A DNA stretch of 62,960 bases, filler included, from Octopus bimaculoides (taxonomy: Eukaryota), in NCBI RefSeq assembly GCF_001194135.2. It is 4 parts of 4 records of this genome, joined end to end, with 100 filler letters (N's around TTAATTAATTAA, not from the genome) between each part and the next. Parts side by side here need not be neighbours in the genome. Positions count along the whole stretch, not along the records: positions 1 to 30,410 come from NC_068988.1; 3 more parts are not named here. The stretch is one strand, 5' to 3'. This document shows positions 12,501 through 25,752 of the stretch, piece after piece; positions within the stretch are counted from its first letter, which is position 1, and each line of letters starts with the position of its first letter. Under the pieces are notes generated by a model. That model was not told the origin of the DNA, did no database searches, and worked only from the letters and a program-made list of their open reading frames with translations. The position numbers were made by a program, and so were the translations under genes.

Positions 12501-13223
12501 TATTTATGAACATGTCTATACATGCAACTATATGCATGAGAATACATACATAAAACAAAACGTTCAAATCTGCATCCATCCATCCATACATACATACAAA
12601 AATAACATGTTGATGTTGTTGAAATCCCAATGAAGGAACTCAGGATCTAGGTTAAAAACCGGTTCTTTCTCTATTGGCAAGAAATCTTGAAGAAAACTGA
12701 ATAATGACATACATGCACATTTATTTATTGCTTTTCAGATTTTATCTGACATTTTTTAATGACATTCGAAACATTTCCGCTGCAAGAGCTCTATCGATAA
12801 TCTTGATAATCTTAATACCATATATGGTACCAGATGTTTATGGTATAATCGATTAGAGAATACGAGGCAATGTTTCCCACTTCCAGCTACAAATAAATCT
12901 CTTCCTTTTCTTTTTCCGGGCAAAATTACTTCCTTGTTAGTTCCTTCCCAATGTCGCCATATTGTTCATACTGAGACGACACAAGGGTTATCTCATGCCC
13001 ACAAAACTGTTGAGTAAAATATCAGTATTTTCTACACACAAAGTGGCTGAGTGGTTGTGTGATTGGGAAGTTTCGCAACCATGTACTTTCGAGTCTCGCT
13101 GCTGCACGACTCTTGGGTAGGTACCTTCTACTATTGCTCCAGACTGCCCTATGTTTTGTAAGTGAACGAGGTAGACAAAAACTGTAGTAACTCGTTGTAT
13201 ATAATACATATATACATAAATAC

Positions 13224-13254
<31 letters not shown>

Positions 13255-15539
13255 TGTATGTATGTATGTATGTATGCTGTACATTCAGTTTTATTTCAAG
13301 ATGTCTTGCCAATAGAGAAAGAGCCAGTTTCTAACCTAGATGTATGTATGTATGCATATACATCACNNNNNNNNNNNNNNNNNNNNNNNNNNNNNNNNNN
13401 NNNNNNNNNNNNNNNNNNNNNNNNNNNNNNNNNNNNNNNNNNNNNNNNNNNNNNNNNNNNNNNNNNNNNNNNNNNNNNNNNNNNNNNNNNNNNNNNNNNN
13501 NNNNNNNNNNNNNNNNNNNNNNNNNNNNNNNNNNNNNNNNNNNNNNNNNNNNNNNNNNNNNNNNNNNNNNNNNNNNNNNNNNNNNNNNNNNNNNNNNNNN
13601 NNNNNNNNNNNNNNNNNNNNNNNNNNNNNNNNNNNNNNNNNNNNNNNNNNNNNNNNNNNNNNNNNNNNNNNNNNNNNNNNNNNNNNNNNNNNNNNNNNNN
13701 NNNNNNNNNNNNNNNNNNNNNNNNNNNNNNNNNNNNNNNNNNNNNNNNNNNNNNNNNNNNNNNNNNNNNNNNNNNNNNNNNNNNNNNNNNNNNNNNNNNN
13801 NNNNNNNNNNNNNNNNNNNNNNNNNNNNNNNNNNNNNNNNNNNNNNNNNNNNNNNNNNNNNNNNNNNNNNNNNNNNNNNNNNNNNNNNNNNNNNNNNNNN
13901 NTGTGTGTGTGTGTGTGTGTGTGTGTAAGGATCAAGACCCTTCCCGAGTCATATAGTCTCATAGGGTCGGTTGCTATGGTGAGAATTTCAAGAAAATAAC
14001 TGTAAGATCAGTACAAGCACATTCACACTCAGACACATGTTTACCTGGATTCGAGTATATGCAAACATTCAGCCACATATACACCTAAACACATTAATTC
14101 AATCAAAGACTTCTTGTCACTTGGTTATTATTAACCAGCTTGATTTTTACTACAATGGTCACTTAAATATTTAGACGTATATGGTTACCGCCTATATATA
14201 AGGTTAATGTAGTATATTATGGGAATCCAAACAATAAAATATAGGTAAGACGACATATGAATATTTATACATAATTATCTAAACATTACATACAGTGTCC
14301 CATACATGCATAAATAATCAAGTCAAACAATACTTCAGATTCACTCAGCAGGTGTTATAGGAGTTACTTATTATGCAAAAGCAAATGCAATCTTACAACT
14401 AAAATATTCTGGAAAAGAAAGTAATCTCAAGCTGTGGTTAACTTTGACTTTCATCACAACTAAAGAGCTGTCACACCATTTATTCGTTTATTCTTTTATG
14501 TTTCAGCCTAAATGCTGTGACCATCTTGGAGCACCGCCAGTGTAATATCCTTTTCACTGGTTATTCTTATGCTAATGACTTTGATGAAGGATTGAGGTCG
14601 ACACTGATGCCCTCTTTTAAGTTTCTTGATGTGATATAGTTTCTTGACGTGATATATCTGGGACCTTGAACAGCCAGGATGTTAAGCTGTTTCTTGAAAG
14701 CAGCTACTCCTACTCCATGAATATTCCTCATATGTTTTGGCAAAGCATTAAGCAGCTGTGGACTCTTGAATCACAAGTTGTACATGGCTCTCACTCTAGA
14801 AGAGTAGGTGAGACCTTTAAACCTCATAAGAAAATATTAACAGACTCTCAAAATGAAAGCAGGGTTAAAAATTAAATCGCAACCAACCTAGCATTGTTAA
14901 AACAGGTCAGAACACACCCATGAGTTCATTCTAGATCCGTAACTAACTGTTCTGATATTTCAGAATGCCGTGAGTGTTGGATACATATATGTTTCTATTT
15001 CTTCATTTTGTTTTCCATTCTTTTCTCCCCTAGTATATCTTATCTTTACTTGAAACATAAAAAAAAACATTTCTCTCTTTTTTTCACATTGCCTGAGCAT
15101 CAACCTGTTACACTCTGTGTTCGCTTTGTTTTGTCTTTTACCTCTTCGAGTTGTGCCGCCTTACAGCAACTTTGGAACCAAAGAACATTCTTCTTGTTAA
15201 AACCCTTTTTAAAAAGGTACTTCAACTCCGTCTAACAAATCGGCCCTAATCGATATGATCAAACATATTCTACATGTTGTACTTTATAATTTGCGATAAG
15301 TCATCGATTTTGATTAACAATCGCTGAAACGATCGTAAGGAATATTAAAAACGCGAAATATCAACCTCACACATCCTAGTATTCTCACAAAATAGATGCG
15401 CTCTTCATATAACATAATGACTCTATAGTGTTTGCATGTTACTCTGCCGAATCGTACGGCAGAGTTAAGAGTAACGTGAATATTATCAGGGGCTACAAAC
15501 AATGCAGTAACTTTCACCTATTTAGTGCATCTGTTTCCA

Positions 15540-15580
<41 letters not shown>

Positions 15581-15773
15581 GCAGTCCTCCTATCGATTAG
15601 GGGTGGAGGAATGTTGGCCTGCTCGCCTAGCCAGCGGGGAGGCGTCATTTGAGGACTAAAATAATGCAAAAGTACATTGTGACTACCGATGTGTAACAAC
15701 ATCTGATAGCCTGGTCGGTCACGTGATCACGTGATGCCAGCTTAACTTAACTTGTCCTTTTAGTCGAAAGACG

Positions 15774-15809
<36 letters not shown>

Positions 15810-15914
15810 ACATACATACACTATTATACATACATGCATACATACGCACCATGTTCATGCATATAAATATATATACACATATACACATACATGCATGAAT
15901 ATATACTTACATAC

Positions 15915-16121
15915 TGTTGAAGGGAATTAGTAATAATGGCACACCCCTCCCACATGAGGAATGGAATAACCTAGCCACTATAAGTAAAGAGAAGCACGTC
16001 AAGTACAAGAGTACGTAGTAGGCGGCCAGAAATAGTCGTGTCTTTACTGGTTTTACTAAGTATACTGAATTTGGCGTTATATCGATCCAACATTTTAATG
16101 AGTACTACACTGGCAACGAGG
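15915..16121 (+). repeat. Putative 5' LTR (15915-16109) and primer-binding site (16111-16121)
   Basis: TG...CA segment of 195 bp containing CTATAAG, followed after 1 nt by TGGCAACGAGG, the 3'-CCA-complementary PBS pattern typical of Gypsy elements. Confidence 0.6.
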
Positions 16122-18095
16122 ATTTAAACAACTCACGAGGAATTGATAAACCCGACGAGGATTCAAACAACTCTAGAGGAATTAATAAACTCCACGAGGA
16201 ATTAACAACTCACGTAGAAGTAACAACCCAAGAAAAGTTAACAAACACACAAAGTTTTGTTGTGTAAATTTTACGAAAAACAAAAAAAGAATCCAAATAT
16301 CTTCTGGTAGATTTGTTGGCCGGTTTGCTCAAGTTGCAAAAACAGCAACAATAACAACTGAAAGAAGAACAACAATTACTATTACAGCATCAAATGCTGC
16401 AATTAATGAAGTCGTCAGGAAATCCAGAAAAAGTGTTCTCGACAGACTCCATAACAGAATTCACATACGAACCTGATGAAGGAGATACCTTCGAAGCATA
16501 CTACAGAAGATATAAGCAAATGTTCGAGAAAGAATGTAAAGATTGGGACGACAAAATGAAAACGTACACAATCCCGAGAAAACTTGCGGCAACAGAACAT
16601 GAACAATACAGTAATTATGTACTCCCAAGAATACCTTTGCTTATAAACTTTAATGACACAATAGATATATTGTGTAAAATAGTCAAGTGCGAAGTAGTTA
16701 GAATAGAGATAAACTGTTTTCTAAAAAGTACGACAAAAATCAGGAAATAAACCCATGTTTTGCCTGTGGAAGTATACACTTAAAGAAAAATTGTTCATTT
16801 AAGAAAGCGGAGTGCTTTCGTTGTGGAAATATAGGACATATAAAGATGCACTGTAGAACGAAGATGACAAAACGTCAGAACAAAGGAAAAAGAATTAATA
16901 TGTCATCGGAAGAAATTGGTAATATAACGATGAGAAAATTCGTGAAGGTCAACATCAGAAATACAAGTGTTAAAATTTAGTTGGACACTGGTAGTGATAT
17001 CACCATTATAAACGGAAAAACGTGGAAATATGTCGGTAAACCGAAATTAGTTAAATAGGAAAAGGTAGCACATAGTGTTACGGGAAAAAGATTATATTTT
17101 TTCGGTGAATTCGTATGTAATGTAACATTTCGAGGTTAAGCGCAAAAAAGTAAAGATATATATATGTTAAAAAGTTCACTTTATTTATTCGGCACTGTGT
17201 GGATGGAACTATTCAAAGTATGCGTTACACCCATAAGTGTTTTGTGTGGAAATATAGTCGGTTCAATCGATGGTTCGAATGCGGCTGAGGGACTGAAACA
17301 AAAACTTGCAGTAAAATAGAGTGGAACACCTGTATGTAATCCAACATGAAATGAAGAAATGTCCACGATAAAAAGTAAACATTGTTCAAAAGTAGATGTT
17401 CCATGATTAAGACTACACATTGATTTCACTGGTTCTTTAAATGATTCTTACTACTTAGTGGTAGTTGATAGTTTTTCGAAATGGCCTGTAATTTGCAAGT
17501 GTAAAAAACTAATCTCATCAATTGTGATAATTTTTTTACGCTGAATGTTTGCGAGATTTGGCATCCCAGACGCGATAGTGCCTGACAATGGAACGCAATT
17601 TGTGTCTGTTGAATTAAAAAAAAATTGTGAAACGTTCGCAGCAGAACATGTAACTACTGCGCCATACCATCACAGATCTAACGGACAAGCAGAACGCTTT
17701 GTCGATACCTAAGAGAAAACCCTAAGAAAATCGAATAAGGAAGTCACAGATGAGGTAGCTCTACAACAATTTTTAAGAGTGTACCGTGTGACACCAAATC
17801 CGAATATACCAGCAAGTAGCTTACCAGCGGAGCTGATGTTTGCAAGGAAAGTAAAATCAGTCTTTGATAAATTGGCAAGAAAAGGAAAAGTGCCAGGAAA
17901 GACATAGCAAGATTCTTTAAAGTTGGTAAAAAAGTGTATATGAGGGCATACAAGAATGTAAAGCAGAGTTGGAGAGATGGTGTAATTACCAAATGCATAG
18001 GTAAAATAAAGTATTGGGTAAAAGTAGATGAGGCATACAAAACAAACACAGGAACCAACTGAAAAAGAGATTCGTGGAAAGCGAACTAAAGAAGT
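15915..18095 (+). mobile_element. Internally deleted Ty3/Gypsy LTR retrotransposon (5' LTR, gag, protease, integrase; no RT/RNase H)
   Basis: gag-like FTYEPDEGDTFEAYYRRY..; CCHC knuckle CFRCGNIGHIKMHC (~16810); protease LDTGSDITII (~16980); integrase RLHIDF..VVVDSFSKWP..FGIPDAIVPDNGTQF..APYHHRSNGQAERFV. No 3' LTR is visible. Confidence 0.88.
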
Positions 18096-18709
18096 TGGAG
18101 GAACAATACACACATACATATATAAAATTTACATCAACAAACCACTGAATGAAAGAATAATTATGATTGGATTCTATTAAAAACGTACCAGCTTGATATC
18201 ATATTTGGTCAATTAACTTGCTGAAGACATAAACTAGTTCCGAACTTTGGGACTTTGAATGCCCTATTGTAGTGTAATTACCATTCGTCAACAGATGGAA
18301 ATAAGAGAAATTGACTGGAATGAGAAAACACAATTAAAATGGGTAAACCTGAAGAAAATATCAATCGATGCAACTGGACAATTAGATACTATCATTAAAT
18401 GTAAACTGACTAATCAATTCATGAAACACCAGCTGCGACTTCATGATAAATTATCCGATGCCTACGATAGCTACGCATAAGTGACACTCACAGGTAAACT
18501 AAATGTCCTTAAATATGAATTGCTAGTGTGAAGTAAAAAGTTTTGAAGTCACAAGAAATTACAAGTACATAGGACAAACAAACAGTAATGTGGTTAGATG
18601 AGCAAATATTTCTCCCAAAACATATATAACGGAAATGATTAATGAGGGAAATGTGGAAATAATATGCGACTTAAGATGAAAATGAACTGACAAGCGACGA
18701 TTTATTCTC

Positions 18710-19199
18710 TGTTATAAAATACAATGATTGCCATACATAAAATAAAATAACATAACAGGTTACAACAAAGATGTGTGAGAGAACTTCGTGGTTGAGCTGG
18801 ACTGTTGATCTTGTAGACAAAGTCGATGTACTGTTTGGTGGTGTGTAGAGGCAGCCGTTGGTCTGTTGGTCGTGTGGTCTACATACAGCAAAGATGTAGG
18901 CAGACGTTTGGTGGAGATGAAAGCGGAGACTGGCTGGTATCAGATACATCGTTGCCGGAGACGAGTTGCGTGTGGTTAGTGGCGTGTGCCAAATACCTAA
19001 AGCAGTCGAGAACTTCCGTCCTTATAGAGAATAGTAGGCTCCCTGAAGCTGGTGATTACTAACACGATTGGACAGCTGAAAACCGACTAATACAAACAAC
19101 AAGTTCGTTTAATCACGGAATCATGTGACTTGCTGGAACGAAAAGGCTTGTGGAGCCGATATTCGGGTATTTAAGCCTGGATAACCTATAACGAAAACA
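18710..19199 (-). mobile_element. Solo LTR, 490 bp
   Basis: TGTT...AACA termini with a perfect 4-bp TSD TCTC (18706-18709 / 19200-19203). A TATA-like CTATAAG on the minus strand suggests orientation. Unrelated to the LTR at 15915. Confidence 0.7.
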
Positions 19200-19859
19200 T
19201 CTCATGCATGATGACAGTGTAAATCACTTCTGCTGCACATATTTCATCGATGAAACTCTCCTGACTACTGTTACAGAATTATCGAATGCAAAGACCTGCC
19301 GGTCTGCTATTGGTAGAGAAAGCCCATGTTCTATAAAGTAGCTTTCGTCAACCTGTTCAAAAGAACTAAGAACACTGAACTGGAAATGCTGCATTAGCTG
19401 ATAGCTACAAGTACAATTCTCGTACCTGAGAACCGAAAGAGACATAACTAAAACCTATATAACATTCCTAAATGTTATTTATAAGCCATACGCAGGTTGC
19501 ATGAATGCATTTTTCCTGAACCAATACGGGGACTGACAGGAAGGCATGACGAAAGAAAGAATTCTGCCCGCCTATCCAGTGGGTTGACATGATTTGAAGG
19601 TTACAATACGAAAAAGAACATTGTAACCAGCGATGTATAACCATATCCGATAGTCTGGTTGATACAGTCATACAGTAATGTGTGCGTATGTGTGTGCGCA
19701 CACACACATTCACACACACTCACACACATACACACATATATATGGATATATTGATAGAGTACCGAATGCTGTGTTATTTAGCCTAAGAGTATCTGTCGTA
19801 AGGATGCATGGTGCATAACGTCCATACAAAACATCCTCTCAAGGTAAATGACGCAGTAT

Positions 19860-19909
19860 TCAGTTAAGTTGAGTATATTTCCTATGGTGTTATCTATAAG
19901 GCTGAAAAG
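19860..19909 (+). promoter_or_regulatory. Candidate initiator and first 5'-UTR exon of the glycosyltransferase
   Basis: TCAGTT (Inr consensus) at 19860-19865, TGACG just upstream and a consensus donor AAG|GTAAGT at 19909/19910. Inferred from motifs only. Confidence 0.3.
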
Positions 19910-20377
19910 GTAAGTTAAGCTTTTAACCGTTGGCGACGGCATCACTGATTAATGAATTTGAAATCATCGATAATATGACTCCATCTTGCTTACTGTAGGG
20001 AGCTTGTTACCCTTGTCAGTCGTTAAGAAAAGTGCTGTCACGTGGCTAAGAGAAATATTATAACTGTTATTTCTAGCAATACTGGTGCTGACTAGCACAT
20101 TCAGTCACTTTAGTAGAAAATATGGTTGCTGCCTTTTGGTCGAAAATTGTGAATAACCACTTTAATAATACACTAGTTGAACCCGTGACAAATTCACGGA
20201 AAGCATAAAAAATGTATCTGTAAATTGTGTGCTGGTGCCACGAGAAATGTTTCTATATTGTGACAGTTACAGAATATAGAAAGAAGTGTAAAACTGATAA
20301 CTATATAATCCAACCAGAATATCTCAGTTACGCAAACGTAAACAAAATTACTATTTATCTTCAAAATACAACGAACC

Positions 20378-20814
20378 TTCATAGAGCCTTCTTGGTTTAG
20401 TGGTACTGAATGTTCTTCTGGTATTCTTTTATTCTTGTACTTGTTTCAGTTATTTGACGGTGTCCATACTGGAGCACCACCCTTTAGTCGAAGTGGGTTA
20501 CAGCAAGGTGAAGTAGAGTACCTTGCTCAAGAACACAGCACGCCGCAGGGAATCGTACTCATGACTTTAGGATCGTGGGCCGAATATCCCTTACCACTGA
20601 GCCACACACCGATGTTGGTGTGTTTGCATCCTCGTAACGTAGCTGTTCGGTAGAAGACACTGATAGAATAAGCAGCAGGCTTACAAGGAATAAGTCCAGG
20701 GTTCGATTTCTTTAACTAAAGGGTGGTGCTCCAGTATGGACACCGTCAAATGACTGAAACAAATAAAATACCAGAAGAACGTTCTGTACCACTAAACCAA
20801 GAAGGTTCTTTGAA
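20378..20814. repeat. Inverted repeat, arms 20378-20492 and 20710-20814
   Basis: About 100 aligned bp with roughly 7 substitutions and one ~11-nt indel (aligned by eye). Each arm is a SINE tail plus ~45 bp of extra sequence. Confidence 0.85.
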
Positions 20815-21530
20815 TATGTACGATGTATATATGTGTGTGTGTCTGTGTGTGTGTGTGTCACAGAAATATGCGGACGATACATTTCAACAAAATATAATTG
20901 AAAAACGTGATTGCAAATCAAGATTATCATGAGGGGCTTCTCTTTTAACCAACTTCTGAATGTGTATGTCACCTCTAAAGAAAAAATATAATCAATAAGT
21001 TGGCGGATTAACAGCTGAAGACAGAACGTTGCTGTAAAACTTTTTACTAGAATTTAAAATATTTACCACAGACATGAAAATATATAGGAAGATATAAAAA
21101 AAACTATAAAGTCTGATATTTGTAGTTTAAATATGACTATCTAATTTCACTGTCGAAACTTGACAAGCTTTTACAAACGAATCAATATTTCCCTCCCCTC
21201 TCTCCTTCTTTCCTTCTCTCTCTCTCTCTCTGTTTTTTTTTTTAATCAATACCTGATATTTCTTTTTGTTGCTTTGCTTGTTTAATTTTTTTCTTTTTTC
21301 CCCTTATCTTCCTTTTTTTCTGCCTTGTTTATTTTCTTTCTCCAAGTTTCCTTTCTATCGTATATTTTCTTTCTTTCTTTCTTTCTTTCTCACTTGCTTT
21401 CCTTCTCTCTTTCTAACGTATTTTTCTCTTTTGCCTTTTTTTCTTCATGTTCTTTATTTCTTTTTTTTCTTCATATTTTCTTCCATCAGCCAAGAAACTC
21501 CATTCTCACTGAAACAAACCGGACTTCACA

Positions 21531-21717
21531 ATGAGAATGGTACTGAAATACTTCTTTGTTCTGTGTATAATTAGTACTTCCATAGGGATTTATATTCTAA
21601 GTCGCACGCCATTGTACAATCTATACAGGATACCTGATAACATGGAAATAATGCAACAAGTCTATGGCCCATTGAAAATCACCAACGAGGACACATGGAA
21701 AGTAAAAACTGCTGCTC
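21531..21717 (+). CDS. GT32 glycosyltransferase, first coding segment (type II signal anchor); continues into gap
   Basis: A long polypyrimidine tract and CAG acceptor at 21487-21489 precede the ATG. MRMVLKYFFVLCIISTSIGIYILSR has a short basic N-terminus plus a hydrophobic helix. Linkage to the 26436 exon is inferred. Confidence 0.6.
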
Positions 21718-22321
21718 NNNNNNNNNNNNNNNNNNNNNNNNNNNNNNNNNNNNNNNNNNNNNNNNNNNNNNNNNNNNNNNNNNNNNNNNNNNNNNNNNNN
21801 NNNNNNNNNNNNNNNNNNNNNNNNNNNNNNNNNNNNNNNNNNNNNNNNNNNNNNNNNNNNNNNNNNNNNNNNNNNNNNNNNNNNNNNNNNNNNNNNNNNN
21901 NNNNNNNNNNNNNNNNNNNNNNNNNNNNNNNNNNNNNNNNNNNNNNNNNNNNNNNNNNNNNNNNNNNNNNNNNNNNNNNNNNNNNNNNNNNNNNNNNNNN
22001 NNNNNNNNNNNNNNNNNNNNNNNNNNNNNNNNNNNNNNNNNNNNNNNNNNNNNNNNNNNNNNNNNNNNNNNNNNNNNNNNNNNNNNNNNNNNNNNNNNNN
22101 NNNNNNNNNNNNNNNNNNNNNNNNNNNNNNNNNNNNNNNNNNNNNNNNNNNNNNNNNNNNNNNNNNNNNNNNNNNNNNNNNNNNNNNNNNNNNNNNNNNN
22201 NNNNNNNNNNNNNNNNNNNNNNNNNNNNNNNNNNNNNNNNNNNNNNNNNNNNNNNNNNNNNNNNNNNNNNNNNNNNNNNNNNNNNNNNNNNNNNNNNNNN
22301 NNNNNNNNNNNNNNNNNNNNN

Positions 22322-22712
22322 CTTAGAGGTATTTCGTCTGCCGCTACGTTCTGAGTTCAAATTCCGCCGAAGTCGACTTTGCCTTTCATCCTTTCGGGGT
22401 CGATAAATTAAGTACCAGTTACGCACTGGGGTCGATGTAATCGACTTAATCCCTTTGTCTGTCCTTGTTTGTCCCCTCTATGTTTAGCCCCTTGTGGGCA
22501 ATAAAGAAATAAGAAACGTTAGCACGCCGAGCGAAATGCTTAGCAGTATTTCATGTGTCTTTATGTTCTGCGTTCAAATTCCGTCGAGGTCGACTTTGCC
22601 TTTCATCCTTTCAGGGTCGATAAATTAAGTACCAGTTTTGGTCGATCTAATCGACTAGTTCCCCTCCCCAAAAATTTCGGGCCTTGTGCCCAGAGTAGAA
22701 AAGATTATTTAA
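22322..22712 (+). mobile_element. Two tandem tRNA-derived SINEs (family B)
   Basis: Each has GTTCTGAGTTCAAATTCCGCCGAGGTCGACTTTGCCTTTCATCCTTTCGGGGTCGATAAATTAAGTACCAG-like sequence; the second copy starts ~22513. Confidence 0.85.
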
Positions 22713-23676
22713 CGCCTGCCTGTCTATATATCTCTCTGTCTGTTATTCCAACATATCTCTGGTCTTGTATAGCTTTCCCAATTTTTGTATCCTATACAGA
22801 ATTGAAGTGATTTACCAGTTCCCAAAGCGCGCGCACTCACACACACAAAACATGTAAACGTGTGTGCGCATATAAATAGTAATATATATATTACATGGAA
22901 AAATGCGAGCATGAAAAGCAATATTCTTAAGATTATAAACCTGGAAAAGTACAGGACAAGTTATTACACCTGTAAAAGTAAAGGACAAACTATTACTTCA
23001 AGTAAAGTAAAGAATACGAAACTATTTACTTGAAATATTGCAGCAAAGAATGCCAGTTCTTCTAATTTATCACTCTTTACAGTTTTCATCTTTTAAATTT
23101 ATTGTACAAAACTGTTCAGTATTTGTAAGTTTGTCTAATTAGTCACTTTTTTCTGTATTTAAGGTAGTAAATTAGCCAAATTCTAATTAAATAAGAATAG
23201 TGTTATTTGTAAACTATAATGGAATAATTTTTAATATTCAGATTTTAATTTTACCTGCAACCACAAACAGGCTCCGTCGTTGGTCTGCCTCAGTAATAAT
23301 TGTGTTGTTATTTAACTTCAAATCAATCCTGATACAGCAAACCTATCATCAAAGATATTCCCGCCTTCAGTAAACCGTCTTCTTAGGGATAATCTAGGAC
23401 ATTACGTACAATGGCCGTGTGATTTAGGCAAGGGGATATTTTGGCTGCTATTTTTAGCGTGTCGAGCGAGTAGGTAGAGGCTCTTTCATTGGTTCGATTG
23501 CGTGATGAGATATTTTACACATATATGTATGCATATAGGGGGAGAATTCACAAAGAATGTATATATATCATCGGCAGAAGTTAGAGAGTAAGTAAAAGTT
23601 TGAGAGTTTCGTGTACTGGCACTTATCAAACACGAATTTGGCCATTGTCACTCTGTAACTTCTACCTAATATTAAT

Positions 23677-23716
<40 letters not shown>

Positions 23717-24969
23717 AGACGGACGGACGGACGGACGGATAGATGGATAGATAGATAGATGGGCACATTCTCATATATGTTGCTATAAAAACATCTCTGG
23801 TTATTAAAGACAGGTTTTGTTAGGTGAGATTTTCAGTTTAAATTTTCAGTTTTCGGAGATTCATCGCTTTGTCATTGGACCCGGAAGTTGTTGTTCGCAG
23901 ACAGCAGCAGTAACTTTTTTCAGCTGAATACACGTCATTGATTGGTTAAAATTACCCAAATACGACAACTTTAACATGAAATAACTTCTAAAATACAAAA
24001 TTTTGTCAAAAATGTTAAGAGTAAACCTTGTTCTACTTGACACATTCAACCAGTATTCGAATCTAGATTAGCAGCAGTCAGTGCTATTATCAGCAACTCA
24101 AAATCTAAGTTACGTAATGTGAGCCTGGTAACTGATGATTTTGTGGGTCTTGTTGTTTGTAACTTTTGGTGAGCCATGGTGCAACCAAGAAGATGGTAAA
24201 AGTCCCTGCCATTAATTTGGTGTGGACGAGTTATTTCAAATAATTAAATCACAACATATATTTAAATTAAACATGAAAAAATTTGAAATATTATCATCAC
24301 TTACATCGAAAAATTGAAATATTATCTATCAGTATTTTATAAGGTAAAATCTTAAATTATTAATTGACACATTATTAATTATCTTATAATAGCAATGCCC
24401 GGAAAACTTATGGGTTACATGGAAAAATATGTATGTATGTATGTATGTATGTANNNNNNNNNNNNNNNNNNNNNNNNNNNNNNNNNNNNNNNNNNNNNNN
24501 NNNNNNNNNNNNNNNNNNNNNNNNNNNNNNNNNNNNNNNNNNNNNNNNNNNNNATGGTTAGGCTTACGAGTTATGAGCATATAGTTTTTGCTCGATTCCT
24601 AGGTGCAGATTGCACACTGTGTCCTTGGGCAAGGCACATGATGTAGTTGCTTCAGTCTAGTTAGCAGAAACAGCGCCAGGCGATTGCTAGTGCAGTCTTC
24701 TCACACTCCAGTTGTCACATCCTCGATGTTCCGATGGGACAAGGGCAACCGGGTCGAAACTGTTTATACTTATTGTGGCAGTTTAGGTACTCGACACAAT
24801 TTGCGTTGCGTCATACAAGCTATATGCTACCCACATATGGTAGGAGTTATATTTTTCTAAAAACAATTTAACTCAACAATGTATGACTTAAGGTTTTGTG
24901 GGCACCTAGGACATATAAATCTTATCAGAAATCTCAGGGCTTTTGATGACACGGAAGCATCCAATATAT

Positions 24970-25080
24970 ATGCGGTGGTACTGAAAAGTTCCTGGATTTG
25001 GATCAAAGGAAATATAGGAGGACCAGTTAATTATGATTTTCTATAACATATTCCCTCTCTCAGATTAACGCACTTATTGT
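24970..25080 (+). mobile_element. mariner-like terminal fragment
   Basis: TA-flanked ..GGTACTGAAAAGTTCCTGG.. resembles mariner TIRs; no partner end is seen. Confidence 0.45.
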
Positions 25081-25237
25081 GTTACTTGTGAATGTATGCG
25101 TAACTGGAAGAGCAAATGCGTATTCACTTTAATAAGTACATATATGTCAGTATACATTGTCAGTACACAGGTGCTCTATCCCCGACTCCACCTTGCTATT
25201 ACTATATCAATACCTGATTCTATCGAATCCTGAAAAC

Positions 25238-25271
<34 letters not shown>

Positions 25272-25752
25272 TTGCTATTATGCGTAAGTGTTACCAGTCC
25301 AAAACGTTGCTTTTTCAGAACACGAAAAAATAGTTACACCATTCCATTTCTTTTTACATTAGCAACAGTTTCAGCTTGGCAATAATAATTTGTTGGGTGT
25401 ATAAAATCCTAACTCCATGCATATTTTCAATCAGAAATATTTTTGCAAAAATGTCGTATGTAGGACTTACTACACTTTTGAAAAATGCTAAGCCGTTATA
25501 CTACACTTTGACAATTCTCATATCTTGGCATCTGAAGCAGCTGGAATACGATTGTTTGCTCAAAAGAATCGGCTATTGCAAGCAAAATTAAGTACTGAAA
25601 AAAGAAAAAACGCATTTGACCAAATTTGGACATAAAATAGTTTAATATAATAGCAACGATATAATTCAAACGTGCAGAAAGCAAAAGACGAGGATAGGTG
25701 AAGGTACAACAAGCAGGTGTATTGATTTGACGATAAGAAAGAATGGAAAAGT

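Noticed and set aside
19224-19445. 73-aa minus-strand ORF with a TTCTCAG acceptor-like site
   Set aside because: No recognisable domain or partner exon; length is within chance.
24050-24180. Peptide FESRLAAVSAIISNSKSKLRN resembling a hAT dimerisation-domain end
   Set aside because: Similarity is too short and weak, with no TIR nearby.
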